Origin: an uncultured Candidatus Saccharibacteria bacterium
Lineage (GTDB): Bacteria; Patescibacteriota; Minisyncoccia; Phycocordibacterales; WO2-35-19
Direction of reading: 5' to 3'
Assembly (NCBI GenBank): GCA_964630525.1
Contig: CAZVUY010000002.1
Coordinates: 33,760-97,759, forward strand
DNA length: 64,000 nucleotides
Positions 27,523 through 36,886 of the stretch are shown piece after piece (position 1 is the first letter of the stretch; each line of letters opens with the position of its first letter). A model generated the notes under the pieces. That model ran no database searches. It was given only the letters and a program-made list of their open reading frames with translations, and was not told the DNA's origin. The translations under genes were made by a program, and so were the position numbers.

Positions 27523-30500
27523 GTGAGAAAAATAACGCAAAAATTTTTGACCTGCCTGCTCGTTCTGTTTTTGCTATGCCTAAATTCTATAGGTAGTCTT
27601 GTTGTGGCAGAGGAAATTACTGAGCAAGAAATCTTGCCTCAGGCTGCCAACCTCCCTTCCGAGATAGTACAAACTGAAGATCAAGAGACATTTTTGGAAA
27701 CTAACACAGATGTAAAAACTGATATCGAAAATACAAGCGAAGCAGAAACTCCAAGTGATCAGAACGTTCCGGGTGATAATGATCAAAACAAAAGCATACA
27801 GCCGATCCTCGATATTTTGGCGACAACCACGGCTATATCTGTTACCGATCAGGGTGTTGTCGGTTTCCACGATTCTCTTCAACCAGCTGCTATCGGCGAC
27901 CAGGATATACCAACCAAAGAAGAGTCTATAGAAAATATTGATATTGAAGAGTTAACTGACCTTGAACCAGCAGGAGAAGTTCTTGCGGCCATTGCTACTT
28001 CTAGCGCGGCTTCTGCTTCCACTTCCACTTTGACTACCACTCCAGCTGATGATTTTGATGGAGTATCCTTTTTTCAAAAAAGAATGGATATGACCTTTTC
28101 CAAAAACCCGACCAATTTTCTTACTCTCAGAAGTGTAAATCATGATGAAAGATTGCGCTTTGGTATAAGTGGAAGTGTAGCAGAGCTAGATATGATTGTT
28201 GCTAGCAACACGGTTTCTTATAAAAATGCTTTTGAATCTTCCGACTTCACTTATAACATTGGAGAGAAAAGTCTAAAAGAATCTATTATTCTAACAGACA
28301 AAAATCATCCGAGCAGTTTCCTGTTTAGTGTCAATTTGTCTGACTTTGATTACAAGTTTGTAGATAAGGAAATAGTTCTTTATAAAAAGGGGCAGTCAGG
28401 GAACGCTTTTTTTAAGCTGTTTACGATCAGGGCGCCGTTTATGGTCGACGCTCAAGGTGAACGGAATGATATGATGTATGAAGTAGACGGGGACAGTATA
28501 AGGCTTGTGTTGGATGGTGGGTGGCTTAAGCAAGCATCTTATCCGGTGGTGGTCGATCCAACCATAGATATCGAGGTTTTAACAGTGCACTCACATCCTG
28601 CTCAAGGCGAGTATTGGAACGTCGATTTTATTACGGTAGGGACTTCTGATCTGACCATCACACCAGCTGATAAAGCAACAATAGAAGACGACGAGTTCTC
28701 TTCTCTTAAGTGTGGCGATGAAGATAGGACAACGGGCGTCCAGGTGCTATCTGGAGATGTTATTTTTTATCCGAACTGGAATTGTGAGGAGATAGCTACG
28801 GTTAGTCACTTGACTCTAAAGGCTGGCAACCACCATTTAATTTTTGATTTCGGGGGTGAAACTGCAGAAGCATTCAATGCGGCTTTGGTATGGACAGGTC
28901 TTGCTGGTGATGGTCTCTACAGCACGGCTGGCAACTGGTCTACTTCTAAAGTTCCCTCTGCTGCGGATACAGTTTCTTTTGATAATACTTGTACAAACTG
29001 TGATATGACTTTAGACGTTTCGACTACCACCGCTTCCTTCACCATGGCGTCAACTTATTCGGGAACCATTACTCAGGCAAACGGTACGGATTTTATTGTC
29101 ACCGGTGCTTTTTCTCAGTCAGCTGGAACTTTTAGAGGAGGAAATGGCTCAAATACATATCAGGGAAATTTTACGGTAAGTGGAGGGAGTTATGTGTCCG
29201 CTACTACAACCACTTTTACGAGTGGAAACAACACAATAAACATAAATACTACTCAAACATTCTATAACCTTACTTTCAATGGTGCGGGCACCTTCAAAAC
29301 CATCAGTTCTGGAGATACTCTAATTGTTGATAACACACTTACCTTAACTGATGGAGGGGTAAACACTGGTACTATAGAAGCAAGGGGTGACATAAGTACC
29401 GCCTCAACATTTGATGGGGGAACGGCAGTTATAGATTTCGCCAACGATTCTCTTGCTCAGACTTGGACGGTTTCTGGAGGTGTCTCGCCGGTAGTGAGAT
29501 TTAACAGTGCCTCGGACGCTTCGGACTCTGTTGTTATTAATGCGGCTGCAACATTCTATGGAGCTACTACCACCTCTTCTTTTTCTGGAATAATCCCTTT
29601 TTCAAATCCGAGTGCTTATGATTTGACGTTTGGAACGGTCGGCTCATCTTTTACTTGGCATCAAGCCGCCGGAACATTCAATGGTAGTACGGGCACAGTC
29701 ACGATTGCTCAGGGTAGTACTTTTACCATATCCGGTGGAACTTACAATGCCGCCAGCAGCACGGTTTTTGGTACTGGCAACATAACAGTCAACGTAAATA
29801 GTACCCAATCATTTCACGACCTTACTTTTAATGGTGGAGGTACTTATAAAACTATTAGCACAGGAGACACTTTGGTTGTAAATGGGACTTTGTATCTGAC
29901 CGATGGAGGTATCCATAGTCCGGGAAGTTTACAAGCCAATGGGGATATAGTTCAAACCGCAAATTTTGACGGAGGCAGTGTTTATATCGATTTTGCCAAT
30001 GATTCTCTCGCTCAAACCTGGACAGTGGCCGGGGGTACCGGTCCCGGTTTTAGACTGGACAGTGCAGCTGACGCTTCTGATAGCATTGTTATAAATGCCG
30101 CCGCTACATTTTCTGGAGCAAGCACCACGGCTAATTTTGTTGGGACTATTCCTATATCAAATTCAAGTAATTTCGATCTTACTTTTGGATCGACCGCTGG
30201 AGGGCTTGATGCTTGGCAACAAGCCGCCGGAACATTTAATGGTGGTACAGGCACCGTGACATTTACTTGGACTAACAATGTGGTTATATCCGGCGGTACT
30301 TACAATGCGGCCAGCACTACGGTGTTTAACGTCGGCAATATGACGATCAATGTAAATAGCAGTCAAACATTCCATAATTTAACTTTAAGCGGCGCGGGTA
30401 CTTTCAAGACAATAAGCGCCGGAGATACGTTGGTGGTTACTGGCGATCTAAATTTAACTGATGGGGGTCTCAACGGTACTGGAATAATGGAAGCCCAAGG

Positions 30501-33486
30501 AGACGTGACAGTAGCTTCAACCTTTGATGGCGGGACTGGTCAACTAACTTTTTCTGGTTCTGCCAATCAAGATTTTGATCTTACGGGGGCGACATCTTTG
30601 TTTAATGCTGATATTGTTGTAAACAAAAGCAGTGGCGAAGTGAATCTATTATCTGCCTTGGTCATGGATGCGGCGAGTCAGGACTTTACCATAACTTCTG
30701 GTACATTTGATCTAAATGGCAACAATCTTACCGTGAATGGTTCGTCCGGGACACTGGTTGTTCAAAATGGTGGCACATTAAAACTTGACGGAAATGAGAC
30801 AGTCACAGCAAACACTAGCTATCCTCAACTTCAATCTGGATCAACTGTAGAATATGGGGGTACCTCGAGCTACACAATCAAAGGGTATTCGTATTCAAAC
30901 ATGAGTATTAGTGGTTCCGGATCTTTTTCGGCCACTTCTGGCCCACTTACTATTGGTAATAATTTTACTCAATCAGCCGGAACATTTACGGCAGCGGGGG
31001 CGACAACGACTATTGGCGGCAATATCACGCGAACCGGAGGTGCTTTTAACCACAATTCCGGGACAGTACATTTGAACGGATCAAGCCAGACTGTAAACGA
31101 TTCAACTACTTTCAACAATCTTTATAAAGTTGTTTCTTCAGCTGACACTCTGATTTTTGAGGCTGGTGCTACAACTACAGTTGAGGGCACCTTAACTTTG
31201 CGAGGAGCTTCTGGGAACGTTTTAACTTTGGAGAGTTCGATCAGTGATTCCCCGTGGTACATTGACCCACAAAGTACTCGTAGCATAGGCTATCTTGCGG
31301 TTAATGATTCCTATAACTCCAACGCCACAGTGATTGAAGCGGCTGGTACCAATTCTACTGATGGGGGAGGCAACACTAACTGGAGATTTGAGAACAATGC
31401 ACCTACCGCAGGTAGTGCGGCAGTGGCCGATACCGGTACCAACACCATGACCATAAGTATTTCTGGGGCTTCAGATGATACCGCGCTCGCTAGTCTCCCT
31501 TATGTTTTTCATAATATAACGACCGATTATTACTTTGCCGCCACTTCTTCTACTTCAGCGATCTTCACTGGACTTACCGAATCAACTTCCTACACATTTG
31601 AAGTTGGTGTGTATGATATTTATGGTAATAGTGCGACTACTAGTCCGGTTTCTGGTACAACCGATAGTGCTCCCGCACCTGGATCGTCGGAGGCACCAAC
31701 TGCTCCGCCTTCAGGTAGACGCAATAACACAAACATAAGTACAAGTACCCCACCCCAAACTAACCCAAACCAGATTGAACCAGTGACCCCAGAGACCCCA
31801 AAGAATACGAACAAAAAGCCAGAAGAAACCCCACCTCAAGCTCAAAACGAACCAAAAAGCAATCCGAATACTCCGGTGGCCAATCCGGGCCACGGAACTG
31901 CCTCGTCTACACCTGAATCAACCAATCAATCATTCTCGGTTTCAATTTTAGGTTCCCTGAGCAGAAAAATCTGGCTACCAGTTTTGGAAGTACCAATCAA
32001 CTCAAAAGTGAGTCTTCGGTTTGAATCAACAACTAATGTTGCTGGTCGGTATACTCACATTGTTGACTGTGACTCCGATGGTGTTCCGGAGAGAACCTAT
32101 AGAAACAGCAGAAGAAATATATACATTGCCAGAAACACCTGCTTGTTTTCTGAGGCGGGTGTTTACAAGATAAGCTTGGAAACACTGCATTCTGGTCTTA
32201 CTGCAAAAGCTAGCATGATGGTTGTGGTTGGTTCGCCGGTCGTTACGCCACCGCCGGTGGTGGTGGAGCCAGTTGAACCGCCGCCTGTTACCGAGTCCAC
32301 TTCTACTACCCCAGTGTTTGGAGGTGAAAATCAACCTATAATAGAGGTTGTCGTTGAAAACAGGGATACATCATCCCGGTCTGGTGGCGCTGTTAATGGG
32401 GAAACCAGAATAGACAAAGTTTATGCAGATGTTTTCGTGCCTTTTGTTGATTATGCAAATTTGGCTGTTGCTTATCTGACCGCAAGTTTGGGGCTTGGGG
32501 TTTTGTTGGGAATTATTGCCCAGCTTATTTCTGAGATTAAAAATACTCTAGGTTTGGTGTCGGAAAATTATCTCGGGCCGGTTATTACAACTGTATCTAC
32601 GTTGGCAGTTGTAACTTTAAGGTCGTCACTTACACCAGGCCTGAGTAACTTTACGGATGTTATAGCCTTCTTTTCTGGGTTGTTGCGCAACCTGTTTGTC
32701 TGGCTGCACTTGAGAACAAAAAGAAGGTATTGGGGAACAGTTTATGATAGTGAGAGCAAACAGCCTATAGATCCGGCCATAGTTAATCTTGTCGATATTA
32801 CAGAGAATAAGGTTGTGGAGGAAGCGATAACTGATCTTTATGGCCGTTTCGGATTTTTGGATCGCTTAGGAAAGTTTAAAATTACCGCGGCCAAAACCCA
32901 CTATTCATTTCCATCAAGAAATATTTCTGGCAACGATGATGGGATTTACCAAAATATATATCGAGGCGAGGAATTTGAAATAAAAGAAATCGATAATGTT
33001 ATAACTCCCAACATTCCGATGGACCCAGAACAATTTGATTGGAATCAGCAGGCTAAGCAGAAGTATGTAAAGTTTCATCCAGTTTTTGATTTATTTATCA
33101 TGCGAACTTTAGATTTCCTCTCATTCGTGTCAGTGTTAGTTGTTGGTTTTCTGTTGCTTTACAACCCATCTGTATTAACCTCCGTTTCCTTCGTAATCTC
33201 CTTTGCTGTTGTTGTTTTGAGTTTGTTTTTACCACCTACCAGGCTCTGGGGAAAGTTAAATGGCTTACCGTCAGGTATGAAGGTGATGATCTATCTGTAC
33301 CCAAAAGCTCTTCCTACAGTTGTTGTGGGTAAGGCTCATGTTGATGTTGATGGTAGGTATTTTCTAAAATCATCACCAGGCAACTTTATCCTAAAGATAA
33401 TAAATTTGGAGACTGGAGCCGAACTCCATGTCTCTGAGGTAAAGATTAGTGGGAACGGGGTTTTGAATCAAATAATCGATTTGTAA
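27523..33486 (+). CDS. giant (1987 aa) secreted/surface protein with tandem ~185-aa beta-helix-like repeats, Pro/Thr-rich linker, C-terminal multi-TM region and carboxypeptidase-regulatory-like domain; GTG start
   Basis: signal peptide, acidic region, three near-identical repeats (TFYNLTFNGAGTFKTISSGDTL...; period ~555 nt, ~29.1-30.6 kb), an additional repeated Thr-rich beta-strand module (NAPTAGSAAVADTGTNTMTIS), TPPQTNPNQIEPVTPETPKNT linker, hydrophobic helices near the C-terminus. Confidence 0.85.
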   Translation: MRKITQKFLTCLLVLFLLCLNSIGSLVVAEEITEQEILPQAANLPSEIVQTEDQETFLETNTDVKTDIENTSEAETPSDQNVPGDNDQNKSIQPILDILATTTAISVTDQGVVGFHDSLQPAAIGDQDIPTKEESIENIDIEELTDLEPAGEVLAAIATSSAASASTSTLTTTPADDFDGVSFFQKRMDMTFSKNPTNFLTLRSVNHDERLRFGISGSVAELDMIVASNTVSYKNAFESSDFTYNIGEKSLKESIILTDKNHPSSFLFSVNLSDFDYKFVDKEIVLYKKGQSGNAFFKLFTIRAPFMVDAQGERNDMMYEVDGDSIRLVLDGGWLKQASYPVVVDPTIDIEVLTVHSHPAQGEYWNVDFITVGTSDLTITPADKATIEDDEFSSLKCGDEDRTTGVQVLSGDVIFYPNWNCEEIATVSHLTLKAGNHHLIFDFGGETAEAFNAALVWTGLAGDGLYSTAGNWSTSKVPSAADTVSFDNTCTNCDMTLDVSTTTASFTMASTYSGTITQANGTDFIVTGAFSQSAGTFRGGNGSNTYQGNFTVSGGSYVSATTTTFTSGNNTININTTQTFYNLTFNGAGTFKTISSGDTLIVDNTLTLTDGGVNTGTIEARGDISTASTFDGGTAVIDFANDSLAQTWTVSGGVSPVVRFNSASDASDSVVINAAATFYGATTTSSFSGIIPFSNPSAYDLTFGTVGSSFTWHQAAGTFNGSTGTVTIAQGSTFTISGGTYNAASSTVFGTGNITVNVNSTQSFHDLTFNGGGTYKTISTGDTLVVNGTLYLTDGGIHSPGSLQANGDIVQTANFDGGSVYIDFANDSLAQTWTVAGGTGPGFRLDSAADASDSIVINAAATFSGASTTANFVGTIPISNSSNFDLTFGSTAGGLDAWQQAAGTFNGGTGTVTFTWTNNVVISGGTYNAASTTVFNVGNMTINVNSSQTFHNLTLSGAGTFKTISAGDTLVVTGDLNLTDGGLNGTGIMEAQGDVTVASTFDGGTGQLTFSGSANQDFDLTGATSLFNADIVVNKSSGEVNLLSALVMDAASQDFTITSGTFDLNGNNLTVNGSSGTLVVQNGGTLKLDGNETVTANTSYPQLQSGSTVEYGGTSSYTIKGYSYSNMSISGSGSFSATSGPLTIGNNFTQSAGTFTAAGATTTIGGNITRTGGAFNHNSGTVHLNGSSQTVNDSTTFNNLYKVVSSADTLIFEAGATTTVEGTLTLRGASGNVLTLESSISDSPWYIDPQSTRSIGYLAVNDSYNSNATVIEAAGTNSTDGGGNTNWRFENNAPTAGSAAVADTGTNTMTISISGASDDTALASLPYVFHNITTDYYFAATSSTSAIFTGLTESTSYTFEVGVYDIYGNSATTSPVSGTTDSAPAPGSSEAPTAPPSGRRNNTNISTSTPPQTNPNQIEPVTPETPKNTNKKPEETPPQAQNEPKSNPNTPVANPGHGTASSTPESTNQSFSVSILGSLSRKIWLPVLEVPINSKVSLRFESTTNVAGRYTHIVDCDSDGVPERTYRNSRRNIYIARNTCLFSEAGVYKISLETLHSGLTAKASMMVVVGSPVVTPPPVVVEPVEPPPVTESTSTTPVFGGENQPIIEVVVENRDTSSRSGGAVNGETRIDKVYADVFVPFVDYANLAVAYLTASLGLGVLLGIIAQLISEIKNTLGLVSENYLGPVITTVSTLAVVTLRSSLTPGLSNFTDVIAFFSGLLRNLFVWLHLRTKRRYWGTVYDSESKQPIDPAIVNLVDITENKVVEEAITDLYGRFGFLDRLGKFKITAAKTHYSFPSRNISGNDDGIYQNIYRGEEFEIKEIDNVITPNIPMDPEQFDWNQQAKQKYVKFHPVFDLFIMRTLDFLSFVSVLVVGFLLLYNPSVLTSVSFVISFAVVVLSLFLPPTRLWGKLNGLPSGMKVMIYLYPKALPTVVVGKAHVDVDGRYFLKSSPGNFILKIINLETGAELHVSEVKISGNGVLNQIIDL

Positions 33487-33601
33487 AAATATTAGGAAGT
33501 AATTTTCAAGGAACCTAAGAAATAGCTTAGAGCTTTAAGCTAAAAGCTTAGAGTTTCAAAAATTCGCCGAAAAAGGGAATTTTTGCTAGTATTCCAGTTA
33601 T

Positions 33602-33673
33602 GGGTCTATAGTTTCAATGGTAAAACATCGGTCTCCAAAACCGAGGTTGCAGGTTCGAGTCCTGCTGGACCCG
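33602..33673 (+). tRNA. tRNA-Trp (anticodon CCA)
   Basis: GGGTCTATAGTTTCAATGGTAAAACATCGGTCTCCAAAACCGAGGTTGCAGGTTCGAGTCCTGCTGGACCCG; ORF 33583..33792 is spurious. Confidence 0.85.
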
Positions 33674-33687
33674 CTAAAAATGGGATG

Positions 33688-33715
33688 GCCATGCGGTTAG
33701 CATGGCCATTTCTCC
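33688..33715 (+). terminator. terminator hairpin after tRNA-Trp
   Basis: ATGGCCATGC-GGTTA-GCATGGCCAT, perfect 10-bp stem. Confidence 0.5.
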
Positions 33716-33874
33716 CGCCCTCTCCAAGAGATGTTGTGGCGTTTAAATTTCGATATTGTTGGCAGCATCACCATTACGCCAAGCGCTATTAGGCAAATGG
33801 TGGGGTACAACCAAAGACGAACAGCAATGTTTTTGATGATGTTCATCTAGAACTTCTCCCTAATTCAATATACA

Positions 33875-34777
33875 CTAATTCCCTAAAAATTTCTTTACTT
33901 CTTTTTGGGCAGATTTTATTTCGGCCGGTTTAATCCAAACAATTTTTTTATCTTTTTTAAACCATGTCATTTGGCGTTTTGCGTATTGCCAGATTTCTTT
34001 TTCTAAAAGGGCGGTAAGTTCCTTTTTAGAAATTTCGCCTTCCAAAAAATCTGCCAAGCGGCGGTATTCGAGCCCCAATTCTCTCAGGCGCTTATAAGAA
34101 ACACCTTTTTGGTAGAGCCACTTAGCTTCTCTGACCATACCCTTTTTAAGCCTTTTTGCTAATCTCAGATTTATTCTTTGTTTTAATTCCTCATTCTCTA
34201 TTTTGATTCCGATTTTACATACTTCATAATTCGTACTTCTTGATTCAAATTTTGGTACTTTGCCCAAAGCTTTGCAGATCTCGATCGCTCTCACGAGTCG
34301 TCTTGGATTTTTGGAGTCAATATTTTTGGCTCTTTCCGGGTCGAGTTTCTGGAGTATGGCGAAAAGTTTTTCGGTCGATTCTGGCTCCAGTTTCTGGCGT
34401 AACTCCAGGTTTGGTGGTGCTGCTGGTATTTGTTTTGCACCCAATAGAGCGTCTATATAAAAGCCGGTCCCGCCGCAGATAATAGGTAATTTATTTTTCT
34501 GGATAATATTTTCAATTGCTCGATGAGCCAACTGGGTATAATCGGCGGCGGTAAATTTTTGGCGAGGATTGGCCACATCGAGTAGGTGATGAGGCACTCC
34601 CCGCATTTCTTTTTTGGTTATTTTGCCGGTACCAATATTTAAATTTTTATAAACTTGTCTTGAATCAGCCGAGACCACCTCGCCATTAAATTTTAAGGCC
34701 AAGTCAACTGCCAAGTCGCTCTTGCCGCTCGCCGTCGGCCCCAAGATAATCAAAATTTTTAGCTTACCCGTTTTCAT
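33875..34777 (-). CDS. miaA: tRNA dimethylallyltransferase (start at MKTGKLKIL; track ORF opens with GTG at 34870)
   Basis: ILIILGPTASGKSDLA P-loop, SADSRQVYK, GGTGFY motifs. Confidence 0.9.
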   Translation of the reverse strand: MKTGKLKILIILGPTASGKSDLAVDLALKFNGEVVSADSRQVYKNLNIGTGKITKKEMRGVPHHLLDVANPRQKFTAADYTQLAHRAIENIIQKNKLPIICGGTGFYIDALLGAKQIPAAPPNLELRQKLEPESTEKLFAILQKLDPERAKNIDSKNPRRLVRAIEICKALGKVPKFESRSTNYEVCKIGIKIENEELKQRINLRLAKRLKKGMVREAKWLYQKGVSYKRLRELGLEYRRLADFLEGEISKKELTALLEKEIWQYAKRQMTWFKKDKKIVWIKPAEIKSAQKEVKKFLGN

Positions 34778-34915
34778 GAAAATAAAGAAAGGGAGAGAAG
34801 CCCCACGTAAAAGCTTACTCTCCCCTGGGAGTGAATTGTGGTTGGCGGAACGAGGGTGAGTGCCAACCACTTCTTCGCTTGCCCCATCCTCATAATACCA
34901 GCATTGTAATTTTTG

Positions 34916-35140
34916 TCAATCGTTAGGTTTGACTAGAGTAAAACGTGGTCCTTTATAACCAATCTCGGGTTTGTCTATCTTCTCTAGAAACATCTTGATT
35001 GGTCTGATCCAGATTTTCCTCTCTCCATAAAGCGCTTGATAGACTACGAACTCTTCTTTTGTTTCAGAATGTAGACCTACACCAAAAACCTGGTATTCGT
35101 TGCCCTTGAAATGTCTATAAATACCCTTTTTGATTTGCAT
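34916..35140 (-). CDS. DUF1653-like small protein
   Basis: 74 aa; YRHFKGNEYQV...ALYGE pattern typical of DUF1653. Confidence 0.5.
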   Translation of the reverse strand: MQIKKGIYRHFKGNEYQVFGVGLHSETKEEFVVYQALYGERKIWIRPIKMFLEKIDKPEIGYKGPRFTLVKPND

Positions 35141-35190
35141 ATGCTAATTATGATTGATTTTTCGTTTATTTTCAATATAATAAAACAATT

Positions 35191-35273
35191 GCCGCGGTGG
35201 CGGAATGGCAGACGCGATAGACTCAAAATCTATTGATGGCAACATCGTGTGGGTTCAAGTCCCACCCGCGGCA
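35191..35273 (+). tRNA. tRNA-Leu (anticodon CAA)
   Basis: GCCGCGGTGGCGGAATGGCAGACGCGATAGACTCAAAATCTAT + variable arm + GTGGGTTCAAGTCCCACCCGCGGCA. Confidence 0.85.
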
Positions 35274-35275
35274 CA

Positions 35276-35860
35276 ATGAAAAAGCGTGTAAGTAGTGATA
35301 AAAAACTTCATGCGTATATCGTCGGTCTGGCTCTCGGTGACGGAAATCTGTCAAATTCGAATGGGAGAGCTGTTAAGTTAAGGGTTACTTGCGACGCAAA
35401 GTATCAAAAACTGAATAAACACATTTTTGAATCTTTACAGAAATTTCTACCTGATAATAAGGTTTTTGTTTGTAATTCCATTAAAAAGACTTCTGTTGAT
35501 ATTGTTTGTTACTCTAATTATTTAGAAAATTTATTAGGTTGGAAAGCTAAAGGAGGTTCAAAATACTACCAAAAAGTTGAAATACCAGATTGGATCTTAA
35601 GAGATAAAGACTTTATAAGGGAATGTTTGAGAGGTTTGGTTCAGACAGACGGATCGATTTATATAGATAGAGGGTATAAAATGGTAAATATGGTAAGTAA
35701 CATAGAATCTTTAGCTAAATCAACCATAGGGGCAATAATCTCTTTGGGGTACAAACCTAATACACAGGTGCATAACGATCCAAAAACAAGAAAATATACA
35801 ATAAGAATTTCAAAAGATGTAAATAAGTTTATTAAGGATATAAAACTATGGAAGAAATAG
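35276..35860 (+). CDS. LAGLIDADG-family homing endonuclease (two-motif, single-chain)
   Basis: ~195 aa; motif 1 LHAYIVGLALGDGNLS, motif 2 LRGLVQTDGSIY; AT-rich codon usage; ATG lies 3 nt after the tRNA-Leu(CAA) 3' end (track ORF begins 35249 inside the tRNA). Confidence 0.8.
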   Translation: MKKRVSSDKKLHAYIVGLALGDGNLSNSNGRAVKLRVTCDAKYQKLNKHIFESLQKFLPDNKVFVCNSIKKTSVDIVCYSNYLENLLGWKAKGGSKYYQKVEIPDWILRDKDFIRECLRGLVQTDGSIYIDRGYKMVNMVSNIESLAKSTIGAIISLGYKPNTQVHNDPKTRKYTIRISKDVNKFIKDIKLWKK

Positions 35861-35893
35861 AAAAAACATTAATTATGTTAAAATACCAACATT

Positions 35894-36886
35894 ATGAACA
35901 GTAATTCCAATTTTTATCAAGATTCAATCTTTTGGGTTGAAGTCGACAAGATAAAACCCAACCCATTTCAACCTCGCCGCGAGTTTGATGAGACGGCACT
36001 TCGCGCCTTGGCTGATTCGATCAAGCAATACGGTGTTTTGCAGGCATTGGTGGTGACTCGCAAAGAAGTGATCAGAGATGATGGTTTGGGGGTGGAGTAT
36101 GAGCTAATCGCTGGCGAAAGAAGGTTGCGAGCTTCCAAGATGGCTGGTCTTGTTCAGGTGCCAGTTATCATCAGAATGGCCGAAGAACAGTCGGCCAAAA
36201 ATGACCTGATGAAGCTCGAGCTTGCTATCATTGAAAATGTGCAACGTGAAGATTTGAACCCAGTCGAGAGAGCTAAAGCTTTCAAGAAATTGGTTGATGA
36301 ATTTGGTTTTAGGCATCATCAGATTGCTCACAAGATCGGTAAGAGCCGAGTTTATGTGACCAACAGTATGCGCATTCTCGATCTGCCGGAAGAAATACTC
36401 CAAGCCCTTTCGGAGGGTAAGATCAATGAAGGTCATACCAGGCCATTACTGATGCTCATCGATCGTCCGGAAGAACAAAAGGTTCTTTTTCAAGATATTA
36501 TTTTGCGGAAGATGAATGTGAGGGACGCTGAGCAGGCAGCAAGGCAGATCGCTATTGAAAGAGTGAGGAAAATCAATTCGGTGCTTAGTCCTGATTTGGC
36601 AGAGATGGAAGAGAAATTTATGGAATCGTTGCGCACAAGAGTGAAGATCGAAAAAAGAGATCGGGATCGGGGTGGCAAATTGCTCATCGAATTTTTCTCA
36701 GACGAAGACCTGATGTTGCTGCTCAATATGATCACTCGCAACAGGGGGGTGGGGACAACTGATCCTAATCAAGGCGAAGTTGTCATTGGCGAAGGTGTCG
36801 ATGATCGGACGGGTGAAGAGATAAAGCAAGCCGAAGATCGGCCGATCGAAGACGACCTTTATTCAATCAAAAATTTTAGTATTTAA
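35894..36886 (+). CDS. parB: ParB/Spo0J-family partition protein
   Basis: ParB N-domain GERRLRASKMAG...VPVII, HTH region HQIAHKIGKSRVYVTNSMRIL. Confidence 0.85.
   Translation: MNSNSNFYQDSIFWVEVDKIKPNPFQPRREFDETALRALADSIKQYGVLQALVVTRKEVIRDDGLGVEYELIAGERRLRASKMAGLVQVPVIIRMAEEQSAKNDLMKLELAIIENVQREDLNPVERAKAFKKLVDEFGFRHHQIAHKIGKSRVYVTNSMRILDLPEEILQALSEGKINEGHTRPLLMLIDRPEEQKVLFQDIILRKMNVRDAEQAARQIAIERVRKINSVLSPDLAEMEEKFMESLRTRVKIEKRDRDRGGKLLIEFFSDEDLMLLLNMITRNRGVGTTDPNQGEVVIGEGVDDRTGEEIKQAEDRPIEDDLYSIKNFSI

Noticed and set aside
33516-33575. AGCTTAGAG-type repeats and the palindromic repeat family considered as CRISPR arrays
   Set aside because: Repeats are not regularly spaced direct repeats with unique spacers, and no cas genes are present; they are palindromic/inverted.
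33583-33792. 69-aa ORF
   Set aside because: Overlaps tRNA-Trp and its terminator hairpin.
34778-34870. GTG-initiated N-terminal extension of miaA
   Set aside because: MiaA orthologues begin ~10 residues before the GPTASGKS P-loop; the internal ATG (MKTGKLKIL) fits, and the extension has no conserved counterpart.
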